64,000 bases of DNA from assembly GCA_025603075.1 (NCBI GenBank), contig MU626288.1:86021-150020 (forward strand). Reading direction: 5' to 3'. The translations under genes were made by a program, and so were the position numbers. This DNA is from Neoconidiobolus thromboides FSU 785 (Eukaryota > Fungi > Entomophthoromycota). Numbering within the stretch: position 1 is the stretch's first letter; each line of letters opens with the position of its first letter. The notes under the pieces are model-generated. The model saw only the letters and a program-made list of their open reading frames with translations. It did not search any database and had not been told where the DNA came from. Of this stretch, positions 37,701 through 51,314 are shown piece by piece.

Positions 37701-40177
37701 GGCATTCTTTCAACTGATACAGGCTCTGGTAATACAGTTGATAAACTTTGAGCAAAGAAAGAGATACGACGATCAGCTTCACTTCCTGGTGGATAAAACT
37801 CAGCATTCAACGATTGATCTTCTTGAGCTACGAAAAAAGTAGGTGGTTTAAGAGTACGTTTTCCTTCTTGCTCACCAGCTACTTGTTGGAATAAAAGTCT
37901 CTGTAAATGATCAATAGATAACAAGTGATCTCTATACATAGAAACAATAATAGAATTCCAAATTTGAGAAGTTAGAAACTTTGGCTTATATTTAATTTCC
38001 ATTTCACCACTAGCTAATATCTTGGCATGAATACGTTTAGGTAAACGTGAAAAAATATTTTTCCAAGGACTTAAAATTGAAATACCTAAATAAAATGAAA
38101 GTGCAACTGAGAAGATAGAATTCCATACAATATACCAAAAATAGGTATCAAGGAAAAAAAGAATTAAATCTAAAAACGTCATAATCGCAAGGATAACATA
38201 ACCCATGTGTTTACAAACCATGTCACCCAATAAAGCATCAGAACAATCTGAAAGATCTACCTCAGCCATACTTCTAAACGGATCTTTAAATGAAAGTGCA
38301 AGAAACAGATACGATTCAATCAGTTTGCATATGAAAATTAAGGACCACATACTTATTGAAACAAATCGATCTTGCCATTTTAATTCTGGAAAATTAGCAG
38401 TAAAAGAGCGGTTGGTGAGTCCAGAATCGCCTCCGTTTTCTTCACGTTTACCATTATATACAAATAATGAAGCTGAGGGTGTGATGGATATAATACAAGT
38501 TACAATAACGGAAATGATAAGCTGAACTATGGAAAGAATTAAAGCGATAGTATTTCTTCTATTAACTAATGCTATATAAAAGATAGGACCAATACAAAGC
38601 ACAGCTAAACAAAAGAGGCAAAATATTCTAAAAGATATTTTACGAATGTTTTTTGTGCTTGAAGGTATAAAAAATAACTCACAAATACTAGAAAAGATAG
38701 TAATAAGACATCCAAGACCACCACCTAAGGCAGTAACGGATAATCTCATTGGAATATCATCTGGATCTGGCTTTTTGGGATCTTCAGTATAATATTCATA
38801 AATGAAAGTAGCGTTCGCGAATAAATAATAATAAAACATAACAAAGTGGAATACCCAGATACGATTAAAATTGGTAAGTAAATGAAGGCATGTACGACGT
38901 TCTTTATAAGTTTTATAAAACGCTTTTTTCCATACTACTTTTTCAATATTTTCAAAACGTTGGTCATACGGCAAATCAATCAACTTGGTTTTATCTTCAA
39001 GTATTATACGTTCAATACCACTTTTAGACCAAAATAGTTCATTAACATCATCATAACCAATAATATTAGCATGGTCTCTTTCTCTCTTAAAGTACTTTCC
39101 ATTGATTTTTTCAAAGGATTGGTCTCTAACAAATTGATAAAGTGGTGTAACTACTTTTCGTAAGAATTCTCCTTCATTGACTTGATATTGAGATTCAGGA
39201 TTTAATTCATTAGTTGCATCCAAGCATATTTTGAATATAAAACATAGACATTCTGGTGAATAACGAAGAGTGAGTCCTTCACCCCAAATCAACAGATACA
39301 ACGCAATCTGTAGAACTTTCTTTTCAGGTGCTAATTTATCCATCCTACGTCTCCAGCGAGAACGGATTTTAGCTTCATTTCTAGCTTTAGTTTGTTTGTC
39401 GTTGTTTTCTTCTTCTTCAGTCTCATTAACAAGTGGTTCATAACCATCTTGATGGAGTTGGGTACAGAATAACCACTTTCTATAATTGGCATATTCCCCA
39501 CCAATATAATCAGCATGGAGAGTTGTAAGAGCTAGAGTAGGTGGCATACGCGACGCTCTTGAATCGAGCATAGTCATCATTGCTTCGTATGTGTTTTCTA
39601 AGTTATCCAATTGGAAACCAAATCGACTCCTTAAGAGTACAAACACACCATAAATATCTTCGGATGATAAAGGGGCGCCTTTCTCTAATGACCAAGCTGG
39701 GAAGGAAGGGTCATTATCTGGATCAGTAGGCTCAACACCAGGTAAGGTAGGATAAGAACTTAATCCACCATTCCAAGAGTTTGATTTAGACAAGGACCCA
39801 GATCCTGTTCTAGTAAATTTTCTATTTTCTAGCTTAGCTAATAATGACTCAGAAGATGGAGCATATTGGAAGTATCTTCCTTCATCTATGGTTCCAAAGT
39901 TGAGTGACCTATTGAGATCAAAATCAGCTGAAACTCCAGATAAGGGAGTATGAGCTCTTAGACGAGCATTTAGTTGTGAGCTGTTGGTGCTGTCATCTGA
40001 ATTGTTTTCACTATTTATAATCCTTCGAACTTGCATCGGTTGTTCATATTCTTCCTGAACATAAGTTGACTCTAGAGGATTTTCTTCTATCTCAAATACA
40101 TCATCATCTTCTTCCTCTATTTGATTATTTGATCTTTGTTTTGATTGCTCTTCTATTTCCAAATCGAGAGGAAACAT
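34712..40177 (-). CDS. FKS1: 1,3-beta-glucan synthase catalytic subunit (GT48), intronless, 1821 aa
   Basis: LYLLIWGE..RYSPECLCFIF, IIGYDDVNELFW, RRISFFAQSL, RIWASLRSQTLYRT, LGDGKADNQNH, QLIDANQDNY, HYGHPDF, GLHLNEDIYAG, YYQCGKGRDLGF. Confidence 0.98.
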   Translation of the reverse strand: MFPLDLEIEEQSKQRSNNQIEEEDDDVFEIEENPLESTYVQEEYEQPMQVRRIINSENNSDDSTNSSQLNARLRAHTPLSGVSADFDLNRSLNFGTIDEGRYFQYAPSSESLLAKLENRKFTRTGSGSLSKSNSWNGGLSSYPTLPGVEPTDPDNDPSFPAWSLEKGAPLSSEDIYGVFVLLRSRFGFQLDNLENTYEAMMTMLDSRASRMPPTLALTTLHADYIGGEYANYRKWLFCTQLHQDGYEPLVNETEEEENNDKQTKARNEAKIRSRWRRRMDKLAPEKKVLQIALYLLIWGEGLTLRYSPECLCFIFKICLDATNELNPESQYQVNEGEFLRKVVTPLYQFVRDQSFEKINGKYFKRERDHANIIGYDDVNELFWSKSGIERIILEDKTKLIDLPYDQRFENIEKVVWKKAFYKTYKERRTCLHLLTNFNRIWVFHFVMFYYYLFANATFIYEYYTEDPKKPDPDDIPMRLSVTALGGGLGCLITIFSSICELFFIPSSTKNIRKISFRIFCLFCLAVLCIGPIFYIALVNRRNTIALILSIVQLIISVIVTCIISITPSASLFVYNGKREENGGDSGLTNRSFTANFPELKWQDRFVSISMWSLIFICKLIESYLFLALSFKDPFRSMAEVDLSDCSDALLGDMVCKHMGYVILAIMTFLDLILFFLDTYFWYIVWNSIFSVALSFYLGISILSPWKNIFSRLPKRIHAKILASGEMEIKYKPKFLTSQIWNSIIVSMYRDHLLSIDHLQRLLFQQVAGEQEGKRTLKPPTFFVAQEDQSLNAEFYPPGSEADRRISFFAQSLSTVLPEPVSVERMPSFTVLTPHYSEKILLTLREIIREEDRQTRVTLLEYLKSLHSFEWMNFINDTKVLEEENTVYTDEDPPSSIRSFSGYSADEKSEIDDLPLYYVGFKSASPEYVLRTRIWASLRSQTLYRTISGFMNYARAIKALYRVENPDMVKLYSGHGNMLERKIDIMVRRKFRFLISMQRYCSFTAAEKEDVEFLLKAYPDLQIAYLLEITRETEDGPEVQYFSCLIDGHCEKLEDGSRKPRYMIELPGHPILGDGKADNQNHSIIFTRGEYIQLIDANQDNYLEEAMKIRNILAEFEGFEVDSSISPYSGHAKDHYKPPVAIVGAREYIFSENIGVLGDVAAGKEQTFGTMTQRIMAKIGGKLHYGHPDFLNSIFMNTRGGVSKAQKGLHLNEDIYAGMNAFQRGGRIKHIEYYQCGKGRDLGFSSILSFNTKIGTGMGEQILSREQYYLGTQLPLDRFLTFYYAHPGFHVNNVMITIATQLLMVVLLGLGSLYVTNENICEQNEDLTAAPKPTGCFNVWPILSWIVATIISIFIVFAISYLPFFLQVFSEQGFTRTLLRLGKHFLSFSPVFEIFANQIYSASLLSNLSYGGATYIATGRGFATTRTSFANLYSRFAASSIYSGVRIFFMILFASINIWVPHYIYFWIMALSLCIAPFLFNPHEFSPVDFILDYRDFIKWLSAGNSTQTKYSWVTHCRILRTKVTGYKRRKLGQVDHSAPTPRANKWALIFPQVIFPILSAVVMVAIYSYLGSMTGRKHAIFRVGAAALGPIALNAAVLLVLFFVSLLMGPIVNMCFKPFGNIIAGIAHGWSVLVVIIFFLLLLMLENWELPSAILGMIASVFVQRAIFQIIESLLLTRETSNEACNVAWWTGRWGSQGLGFMALTQPLREFLCKIIEMSYFATDFITGHFIMIVLFPVTLVPLIDRWHSAMLFWLRPSQQIPAPIYSVKQIKKRRRRYIGYLILFILVEVILLAVLIVPALIGSKIGFKPSSISFLKDYLI

Positions 40178-41887
40178 TATTATAATAAAGAAGTTTAAAA
40201 AAGAGTTAGGTTAAGAGAGTATTAAAATATTAATAAGATATAATAAATAGGAATTGATAAGTTCAACAGTAAGAAGGCGTTGCTCTAATCACACTATAAA
40301 TCGACAAGATAAGTGGTTTTAGATAGCAATAATATAAGTTGAATTTAATTCGAAAGCGCTATTAAATCTGTTGAAAAATGTGTTGACAGTTAAAACAATA
40401 GTTTTATTTTCATTTCAAAAAAGCTGATCGCATATTTTTATAGCCATTTTTAAGTTTAATGAAAAAAGTTAAGGCACTATTTTATTTTTTTAGATAAAAC
40501 TGGCCTTAAAATTCCATCATTAAATCAAATTTAGTAATGTTACACAACATTGCATCATGCAATAGTTGAACAATTCAACCTGAAATAGTTACCAATTTTA
40601 GCATATAGGATCAACTTTAAGTTTAATTTTATTATAAATAAGAGCAAACGAGAATTAAAATATCAACAATGAATAGTAGATAAGATAGACAAAGGCTTAA
40701 ATAATAGATTTTTAATAAAGATGAGTTCAATTTTATTTTATTTTGTTTTGCGAATTTTGAATATCTTCTTGGCTTGAGCTTATGGCCTAACTTAAACAGA
40801 ATAAACTTCTCGAATGGGCATAGTGGATTATGATTGGCTATTAACAATGTAATAATAATAATAATGTTTCTGAGTATAAAATTTAAGTGAATTCAAGGGA
40901 TAGTATTCTATGATTTAACGATGATAAAAAGAAAGGCTTAATCATGATTCTGTAATCGAAAAAAATTATTAAGCCTCTTCTTCAAAAACATATTATCTTT
41001 AGATTTTAAGAATCACTTTCCAGATGCTAAGATATATAAAGAGGTGTAGAATTTGATATCGATATACTTAGAGGAGTAAATAATAATTTTTAATGTCCCA
41101 GCTTCAAAAGATCCCACTAATTTTAATAACATTGAAATTACTAAGATAAAATCTACTTTATTCCTCCGCTAAACTATTAAATTAAAACTCAAACCATCAT
41201 AAGAGCTTATTTTAATGCTTCAATTATTTTGGTACTCCATGTTTTAATACACTTAAATTATGTTAGTATTTACTATTTTCAAGGTCAAGAAGTTTTATGT
41301 ATTTGGCTTTCAATAAATACACTTTTTAATTGATTTTACATGTTTTTCGAGATTTAAAAATAGATAATATTTGACTAATTAAAGCATAAAGTTGACATCA
41401 TAAATCAATAAATTAAAAATATTGTAATGCCTTTTTTGTTTTAATATTCTGTCCATTTTTTATGCAATGTAAAAAATAAAATCACCAACTAGATACTGAA
41501 ACAAAAAACTATATTTAAATAAGAGGTTTTTCCAAACTTTTCTTTGATAGTTGTTAGTTTCATTTAGTGTCTTTGACTGTCAAGAATAATTAGGATTACT
41601 TAGTAAAAGCTGAAAGTCATACTCAATCTATGCTACTGTAAACTTCCTTTGTAGCAGAACTTAGCAATGACAAAGTTGTGAAGCTGCCAAGTTCTGAGGG
41701 ATGCGTTGATTGGCTCTTCCATAAACTCAATTCTCAACTCAAAATTCTAAATTACCCGTTCCATGTTTACGCTATTAAATCATATTAATTGGATAAAAAA
41801 ATGATAATCAAACACATCATAATTAAAAGGTTATAAATACCTCACGTATAGCTACTATTTGAAATTTATTAAAAATCAATTAAGAAA

Positions 41888-42449
41888 ATGTCCAGAATCA
41901 CTGATATAACATTACGTATCTTAAATATTATCATTGGTGTCATCCTTATTATCATTGGGATTCAAAGATTTTTCTTTATATCATTTTCCAATGTCATCCT
42001 TGCCATTTATTCAATGTAAGTTTATTATTGTGTGTCATGATTATAGCCTAAAATAATTTTATAGTGTATTTGGTATAGTTATATTACTACTCGAATTACA
42101 TAAACCAGAGCCAATTTCAAGTTACTGTGCATTCTTGTTTTATCCACTTGGACGTGGACTTTGTAAGTTTAATTTAAACTTTAAATATTTTTACTTACTA
42201 TTTAATTTTATTTATAAAAAATAACAGTCTACATATTGTAAGTATTTTATTCACTATGTTTTATTCAAATTTACTAAAGTATATAGCTTATGTGCATTGA
42301 TGTTAGGACCCGAATGGTTCCAACTTTTAGGTGGACTTTTGACGTTAGGACTCGGTATTGTTTACGTTATTTTACAATTTGCCGCACCTTCTGTCAAAAT
42401 GCCTGCTCCTATGATGAACAAATCAAGTGGTGTAACTTCAGCTGTCTAA
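41888..42449 (+). CDS. TVP15: COPI-associated/Golgi membrane protein, Tvp15-like; 4 exons including a 10-nt microexon (42228-42237); not in the ORF track
   Basis: Spliced product MSRITDITLRILNIIIGVILIIIG..LLLELH..YCAFLFYPLGRGLFYIFLCALML; four hydrophobic helices and the F..LGRGLFY motif. Confidence 0.75.
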
Positions 42450-42718
42450 AATAATTATCATTAATAGAACCTAAGGCAGTTAACCTTATTGTAAATAAAT
42501 TAATTATAATTTTTGAGAATAATATAAACAATATTATGTTTATTCAATTCAATTGTACAAAAATACCTGCCAAATTTTAATGTAACAGCAAACAGTTTTA
42601 CTGATTTAATAATAATAGCGTTGTAAGATATTAACTAAGGATGATAATCAAATATAGCACAAAATATAGGTGATAATCACAATTAATAGAATGCCCCTTT
42701 TATTTAATACAATAAATT

Positions 42719-42775
42719 ATATATATTTGATATATATTTGATATATACTTGATATATATTTGGTATATATTTGAT
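42719..42775. repeat. 11-bp tandem repeat (TTTGATATATA) about x5
   Basis: Read directly from the sequence. Confidence 0.8.
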
Positions 42776-43393
42776 GGCTTTGACAGCTTTTTTAAAGTTT
42801 GAATATTACATATATTTGTAATGATACCTGAAACCAATTAAATAAAATTGGAATCCTATTAAATAAGTATTATGCCGAATAAACCCTTGGTTTTTTATTT
42901 CATGATTTTTATTAAGTTGTATCAAGGTAATCTTATTAAGTTTTATATCTTATAGTATTACAATATAAAAACTGCCGTTGTATGGCATAAAATTATGTTT
43001 TAAATTACATTTTAAATTTTAAATTTTAAATTTAGAAAATGATTTACTTTGAGACTTCGAAATTCATATTTTGAACTTTACATTATATTTTAATTTACAA
43101 TTTGATAGCTTTGCATTTTCAGTACTTTGGACTAAACAAACTCAAAACATACGTTTTTTTCTTAAATTACATATAAACAAGCTCCTCTACAGCATCATTT
43201 ACAGAAAATATTATATCTTATGATATTTTACTTTCAAATTAAGCAAAATTTAAACTATTTACAATTAATGAGAAACTGTTGTGTTTTTTATTATTTGCAC
43301 ATTCTTTTTAGTTTTATAATAAATAGTAAAGTTTAACTTGTATATACATATAATATAGTCTAAAAGACATTAAATTCCAATTATTAGTTAAGA

Positions 43394-43492
43394 AATGGGG
43401 ATGTTTCTTTTGACTTCATTACTTTTTCGTTTTTGAGCATTATTTGAGTAGAAAGGTTGTTAGTAAAATTCTTAAACAAATATATCCCCAAA
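43394..43492 (+). mobile_element. ~100-bp MITE-like element
   Basis: aa|tggggatgtttcttttgacttcattact..ttcttaaacaaatatatcccca|aa. Confidence 0.85.
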
Positions 43493-43873
43493 TCGAATTT
43501 TGAGTCTAATTTTTGAGATTTGGTACAATTCATGTTTCTACCATATTGTTTTAAAATGAAGTCTAGTGATATATTCAATTTTAACTCATATGTATTAAAT
43601 GAAAGATAACGTAATACTATTTTATAGTATTAAATTAACTTATAAAATACTATCCAATCATAAAGATAACAAAGAACACAATATTAAAGTTGAGGTTTTT
43701 AAGATAGTCAAAATGAAAATTTCGTCACCATTACTTTGGATAATCAAGTTAATTTACTTATTTAAGTTAATAAAAAAGTAGTATTAAGACGTAATCAAGT
43801 TGAGAAAAAGAGTATATAATAAAAACGAAAGACTGATAGCAATGAATTTAATAAAAAAATAAAGTTTAAAAGG

Positions 43874-45465
43874 ATGGGTAACAATACAATGATTCAGTTT
43901 TTTGAGTGGCATTTACCAAACACTGGTAAACACTGGAACTTATTAAAAAGTAAAGTTGAGGAATTCAAAGAACTTGGTATTACTGGGATATGGATTCCAC
44001 CACCAACAAAAGGAAGTAGTGACAATGATGTAGGTTATGGTATATATGATTTATGGGACTTGGGAGAGTTTGATCAAAAGGGCACAGTAAGAACAAAGTA
44101 TGGTACCAAAGAAGAGCTTATCAATGCTGTAACAGCACTTAAAGAGAATGGCATTCAAGTCTATGCTGATCTAGTATTAAACCATAAGTTAGGGGCAGAT
44201 GATACTGAATTATTTAAAGCAGAATTAGTTGATGAAGAAGATAGAAATAAAGTTATTAGTGAGCCACATGATATTAAGGGATGGACTAAATTTGAATTTA
44301 AAAACCGAGACAATAAATACTCCGATTTTAAGTGGAATTTTAATCACTTTACAGGTACAGATTATAATCAAGAAAATGGTCAAAAAGGAATTTATCGTAT
44401 TTTGGGTGAAAATAAAGACTGGGTAATAATGATATACCAATGATTTGATGTTTATTTATCTTTTACATAGGCCAATAGGGTTGACAAAGAAAAAGGAAAC
44501 TATGATTATTTAATGGGAGCAGATAGTAAGTAACTTAACGTCAACGTAACATTTACTTACCTGTTAAATTGTAGTTGATCATGACCATCCAGATGTACGC
44601 AAAGACTTATTAAATTTTTGTAACTGGATAGTAGATACGTTAGATTTAAGCGGATTCCGTCTAGATGCCTTAAAACATATTGATGCTAAATTTATAAAAG
44701 ATATGCTAAATGAAGTAAGAAAGAAGAACGACAATTTCTTTGTAGTTGGTGAATACTGGAAAGATTCACTTGAAGAGGCATCAAAATATATTGACTTCCA
44801 TCAAGGTCAACTATCTTTATTTGATGTTCCCTTACATTTCAATTTTATGGAAGCATCCAAAAATGGTAAAGGTTATGATATTTCAAAGATATTTGAAGGT
44901 ACTTTAGCTCAAGTTAACCCTATAAATGCTGTGACCTTTGTCGGTAAGTAGCCTTATTATGAAGTTATTAATATATTTATCAACTTTGATAGACAACCAT
45001 GATTCTCAACCTGGTGAATCTTTAGAATCTTGGGTAGAAGACTGGTTCAAACCTCACGCATATAGTTTGATATTATTACGTCAAGATGGATATCCATGTA
45101 TATTCTATGGTGATTTATATGAAATTAGTGGAGATAACCCTATTGATGGCAAATTCGATATTATAAGCAAACTCTTGAAAGCAAGAAAAAATTATGCTTA
45201 TGGTGAACAAAATGATTATTTTGATCACCATGATACTATTGGTTGGGTAAGACAAGGTGATGATGAACATCCTCAAGGGCTAGCAACTGTTTTGTGCTCT
45301 TCAGATAAAGGCAGTAAGCGTATGTTTGTAGGTGAGCATAAAAAAGGTCAAATATGGGTTGATTTAATGGGCTTTTGTAATCAAGAAGTAACTATTGATG
45401 AAGAAGGTTGGGGTGAGTTTTATGCAGAAGGAGGATCGATCGCAGTCTACACAGTAAAAGAGTAA
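43874..45465 (+). CDS. intracellular GH13_5-like alpha-amylase; 4 exons (introns 44423-44470, 44526-44574, 44944-44992)
   Basis: MGNNTMIQFFEWHL (no leader), DVGYGIYDLWDLGEFDQKGTVRTKYG, and catalytic GFRLDALKH / GEYW / FVDNHDSQ. Confidence 0.93.
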
Positions 45466-45545
45466 ATAGTTTAATATTATCCAAATTATAGCCTATAATA
45501 AAAATATCATACTAAAAAATGAATACTAAATTATGTATCTTTTCT

Positions 45546-45906
45546 TTATTCATGGAGCCTTTTTGCTTCTTCTCTTAAAATTTTTCTTTTCATTTTTAGT
45601 TGGTTTTACTTCAGCTTTCTCCTCATTTTGAATCTTTTCGTTTATCTCCTTAGCTTTAATCACATTCATTTCGAATATAAACCTATATGTAAATTAAAAT
45701 TTTATGTTGAAAATTACTATTTACCAATTAATAGATGCAAATAGACAAAAAGCAATAAATATTAGTCCCATGACATGATAATTTCCGGAAGTAACATACA
45801 AAAGCAATAATAATGAGAGGAATAGGAATAAAAAGCTAAGATTCATAATCAACATTACAGAATTATTTACACCGCCTACAATTATAGACTCCCATAATTC
45901 AGTCAT
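45546..45906 (-). CDS. PKR1: V-ATPase assembly factor Pkr1-like ER membrane protein; 2 exons
   Basis: LWESI..two TM helices..ASINWF followed by a charged tail. Confidence 0.75.
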
Positions 45907-46974
45907 GATTTTACTTGCTCTGGTTTCTATATTTCGCTCTTAATATAAATTCATTTGTTACAAGGTATTATATTGCTAGCTACCTTTTTGAATAGTTTCG
46001 TCCATTTTTTTAGAGTTAAATAGAAAATTGTAAAAAAGATATCAAAAAAGGTATTAAAAAAGTTAATATTTTGAACTAAAATGATTGGCGAAAATTTTTA
46101 GATATATGAATTTAAAAATTATGTTCTGAAACAAGTAGCCTAAATTTCAATCGAGGTTGTAATAACTTTAGTGGAGTATTTCAGGTTAAATACTTTAAAC
46201 TAATTAAAACTAGAGTTTTGATATACTATAGTAAAATAGTATTGGGCTAGATAATGTACACATGAGCTTGATGCTATTTTTTACTGAAGTAAAGTAGAGC
46301 TAATAAAATTATATTTAAGATACTATACTTATAACTAAAATATATTTATAAAGCATTATTTAATTAAAGTTTAGTGGTTTCGATAAGACGAAGATGTTTC
46401 AAGTTATCTCTTATATGTGTTTCAATCATTAATTGTACTAAATTTTAAATTGTTTAAATTAATTGGTAGTATAATAATGCTTAAACCATATGAGTAATAT
46501 ATAATAATCCTAGTAACGGATTAATTCTTTTCGGCTAATAGCAGATTGTTTGATTATAAATATAATCATTATTAACCTTTATAATATTAAACCTTGCCAA
46601 CAAGCAATAATACACCTTCAGGATTAAGTGATAAATTAAAGCTAATGTCATGTGTATTCCTTAGCTGTTATGAAGACTCCCTTCTTTTAATTTAAGGGTT
46701 TGCAAACTAAGCTTTTGATGTCTATCGGTAATGCAAAATCAATTAGAATTTCAATGTAGGGGTCAATACTCAGCTAAATAAAATCAGCTGATTTAAAGCA
46801 TTGTAATCCACCAAAATGGAGAGAAATTTCATTAACTACCAATCATATTTCGCTATTGAGGGGTTAGAAAATTAATGCAAATAAGACGTCACATAGAAAA
46901 CTTAACCAAGCAAAAGTGGAGTATAAAAAGTAGAACTTATCCTTTGATTGAAAATTTTATTTGTTTTTTTTGTA

Positions 46975-48249
46975 ATGAAATTTAACCACGCTTTTACACT
47001 CACAACTATTTTATTCTCCTCCGTTTCCTTAGCTGACATCTTTGATGTTGCTGAAGAATTTTTAACCTCCATCCACCTCCCAAAGAATGAAGCTATTCCT
47101 GATCATTACATTGTAATGTTTAAGAATGATGCCAAATTCAATGCTATCGATGGTCATTTCAATACCCTTAACAGTATGATCACCAAGGCTAACTCGTTAA
47201 CCGGTAAGGCCAACACTAATAAACTAAATCACGTTTATTATCATAATGAATTAAACGGATACTCTGGAAAATTTGACAAAGAGCTTGTTGATTTAATCCG
47301 TCGCTCTCCAGAAGTCGATTACGTTGAACAAGATTCAATTGTACGTACTAACAAACTTGAAAGAGGTGCACCATGGGGTTTAGCCCGTATTTCCCATGTA
47401 GATCACCTTTCTTTTGGTACCTTCAACAAATATATTTATGATGAAAGAGCAGGAGCCAATGTTACTGCCTATGTAATTGATACAGGTGTAAACTACCAAC
47501 ATGAAGATTTTGAAGGACGTGCCGAATGGGGCGCTACTATCCCACAAGGTGATCCAGATGAGGATGGCAATGGCCACGGTTCTCATTGTGCTGGTACCAT
47601 TGCCGGTAAAAGATATGGTGTAGCTAAGAAAGCAAAGGTTGTTGCCGTCAAAGTACTTCGTTCCAATGGTTCAGGTTCAATGTCAGATGTAGTCAAAGGG
47701 GTTGAATGGGCTGCCAAGGCTGCCAAAGAAGAAGAACGTCAAGCAAGGAAAAGCGGCAAAACTCATAAGGGTAGTGTTGCTAATATGTCCCTTGGTGGTG
47801 GATACTCTCGCGCTTTAAATCAAGCCGTTAATGCTGCTGTCGACTCTGGACTTAACTTTGCTGTTGCTGCTGGTAATGATGATGAAGATGCCTGTAACTA
47901 TTCCCCAGCTTCTGCTGAAAACGCAGTCACTGTTGGTGCTACTACTATTAATGATGAACGTGCATGGTTTTCTAATTGGGGTGACTGTACTGATATCTTC
48001 GCCCCAGGTAAAGACATTGACTCTATCTGGCGTGGAAGCAAATCTGCTACTAACACTATTTCCGGAACTTCAATGGCTTCTCCACATGTAGCTGGTGCTC
48101 TTGCCTACCTTTTATCACTTGAAGAAAAAACACCTTCTCCAGCTGAACTTAAAAAGAAGCTTATTGACCTTGCTATCAAAGATACTCTTAATGATATCCC
48201 TAAAAAATCCCCAAACAAGTTGCTCTATATTAATCCACCAAAGAATTAA
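46975..48249 (+). CDS. PRB1: subtilisin-like S8 serine protease with signal peptide and I9 propeptide (proteinase B-like), intronless
   Basis: YIVMFK, APWGLARISH, and the catalytic triad YVIDTG / HGSHCAG / SGTSMASPHVAG. Confidence 0.93.
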   Translation: MKFNHAFTLTTILFSSVSLADIFDVAEEFLTSIHLPKNEAIPDHYIVMFKNDAKFNAIDGHFNTLNSMITKANSLTGKANTNKLNHVYYHNELNGYSGKFDKELVDLIRRSPEVDYVEQDSIVRTNKLERGAPWGLARISHVDHLSFGTFNKYIYDERAGANVTAYVIDTGVNYQHEDFEGRAEWGATIPQGDPDEDGNGHGSHCAGTIAGKRYGVAKKAKVVAVKVLRSNGSGSMSDVVKGVEWAAKAAKEEERQARKSGKTHKGSVANMSLGGGYSRALNQAVNAAVDSGLNFAVAAGNDDEDACNYSPASAENAVTVGATTINDERAWFSNWGDCTDIFAPGKDIDSIWRGSKSATNTISGTSMASPHVAGALAYLLSLEEKTPSPAELKKKLIDLAIKDTLNDIPKKSPNKLLYINPPKN

Positions 48250-48505
48250 ATCTTAGCTAACTATCTGCTTGTTAATTGTAATATCTTTTGAGAATAAATT
48301 AAGTAAATCTATTTAAGCTTTATTTTATCCTTCAGGGTAATTATTATATTTGTTTTGATGGCTACTGTATTACGATGGAATTTAAATAGCATTGAATTGT
48401 GTGTAATAGATATAATTAACGCTAATAAAAACTTTTTATTGAAATTAATTAAATTTTAAATATTAACAAATACTGAACTTAGTTAAAATTTGAAAATATA
48501 AACAA

Positions 48506-48606
48506 TTAGGAATGTTTTTTTAGCATCATCACTTTTTTCATTTTTTAAGTGCTATTCGAGTTGAAAAATTATTAGTAAGATTCTTGAACAAAAAAATACA
48601 CCCTCA
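48506..48606 (+). mobile_element. ~100-bp MITE-like element, degenerate
   Basis: ggaatgtttttttagcatcatcacttttttcattttttaagtgctattcgagttgaaaaattattagtaagattcttgaacaaaaaaatacaccc. Confidence 0.7.
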
Positions 48607-49339
48607 GTTTATTAATAAATGAATAAAATGAATAGTATAAAAAGAAGTTTTTCTTGAGTGTTATTATACACGTTATGAAAACACTTCTAATCAAAATATT
48701 TAATATTGTATAAAGCTATTTTTAAAGATAAAACCATTTATAAAATATTATAAAACAAAACTGACAATTTATATTAAAAAGACACATAAACAAATCATAT
48801 AAAAATACCCACATTAAATTCGATACTGATGTCAACACCAAGTTTAATATTCATCTCCTAGATTATATCATGGCTCAAATGATTACACTTGATCACATTC
48901 ACCAAGGACCATAAAACTTGGTCTTTTATTTATTGAAATACCCTACCTGATTTTAAATTTAGTATTAAAATATTTTAAGCTTTATTGTCATTTCATTTTA
49001 TTTTCTACTATAAATATCCTTCAATATCAAGACTGAATTAAGGTTTAAAATTTAAAATTTTTAAATAGCATATTATACTTAAGCCTAATACGTTAATTTA
49101 CATTTTTATCAATACCTTTTGATTTAATTTTGGCTTATAAGTTTACTTTGTTAAATTATAATCAGTATAAAGTTTTTATACCTAATACTACAATATTGTT
49201 TCATCTGATAAAGGTCAATGGTGCTACCATACGATTAATTTAATAACTTTTAATCTTAGTTACTTCTATTGAGCAAATTTACAGATATTATTTAACATAT
49301 ATTAATAAAAACCAGCTAGCTGAGATGCTATAATATCTA

Positions 49340-51314
<1,975 letters not shown>

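Noticed and set aside
38205-39516. ORFs 38205-38525 (+) and 39331-39516 (-)
   Set aside because: Antisense or alternative-frame overlaps within FKS1
40632-41800. ORF 40632-40847 and short open frames near 40950-41200 and 41600-41790
   Set aside because: TTG or absent starts, stops, and no recognisable domain
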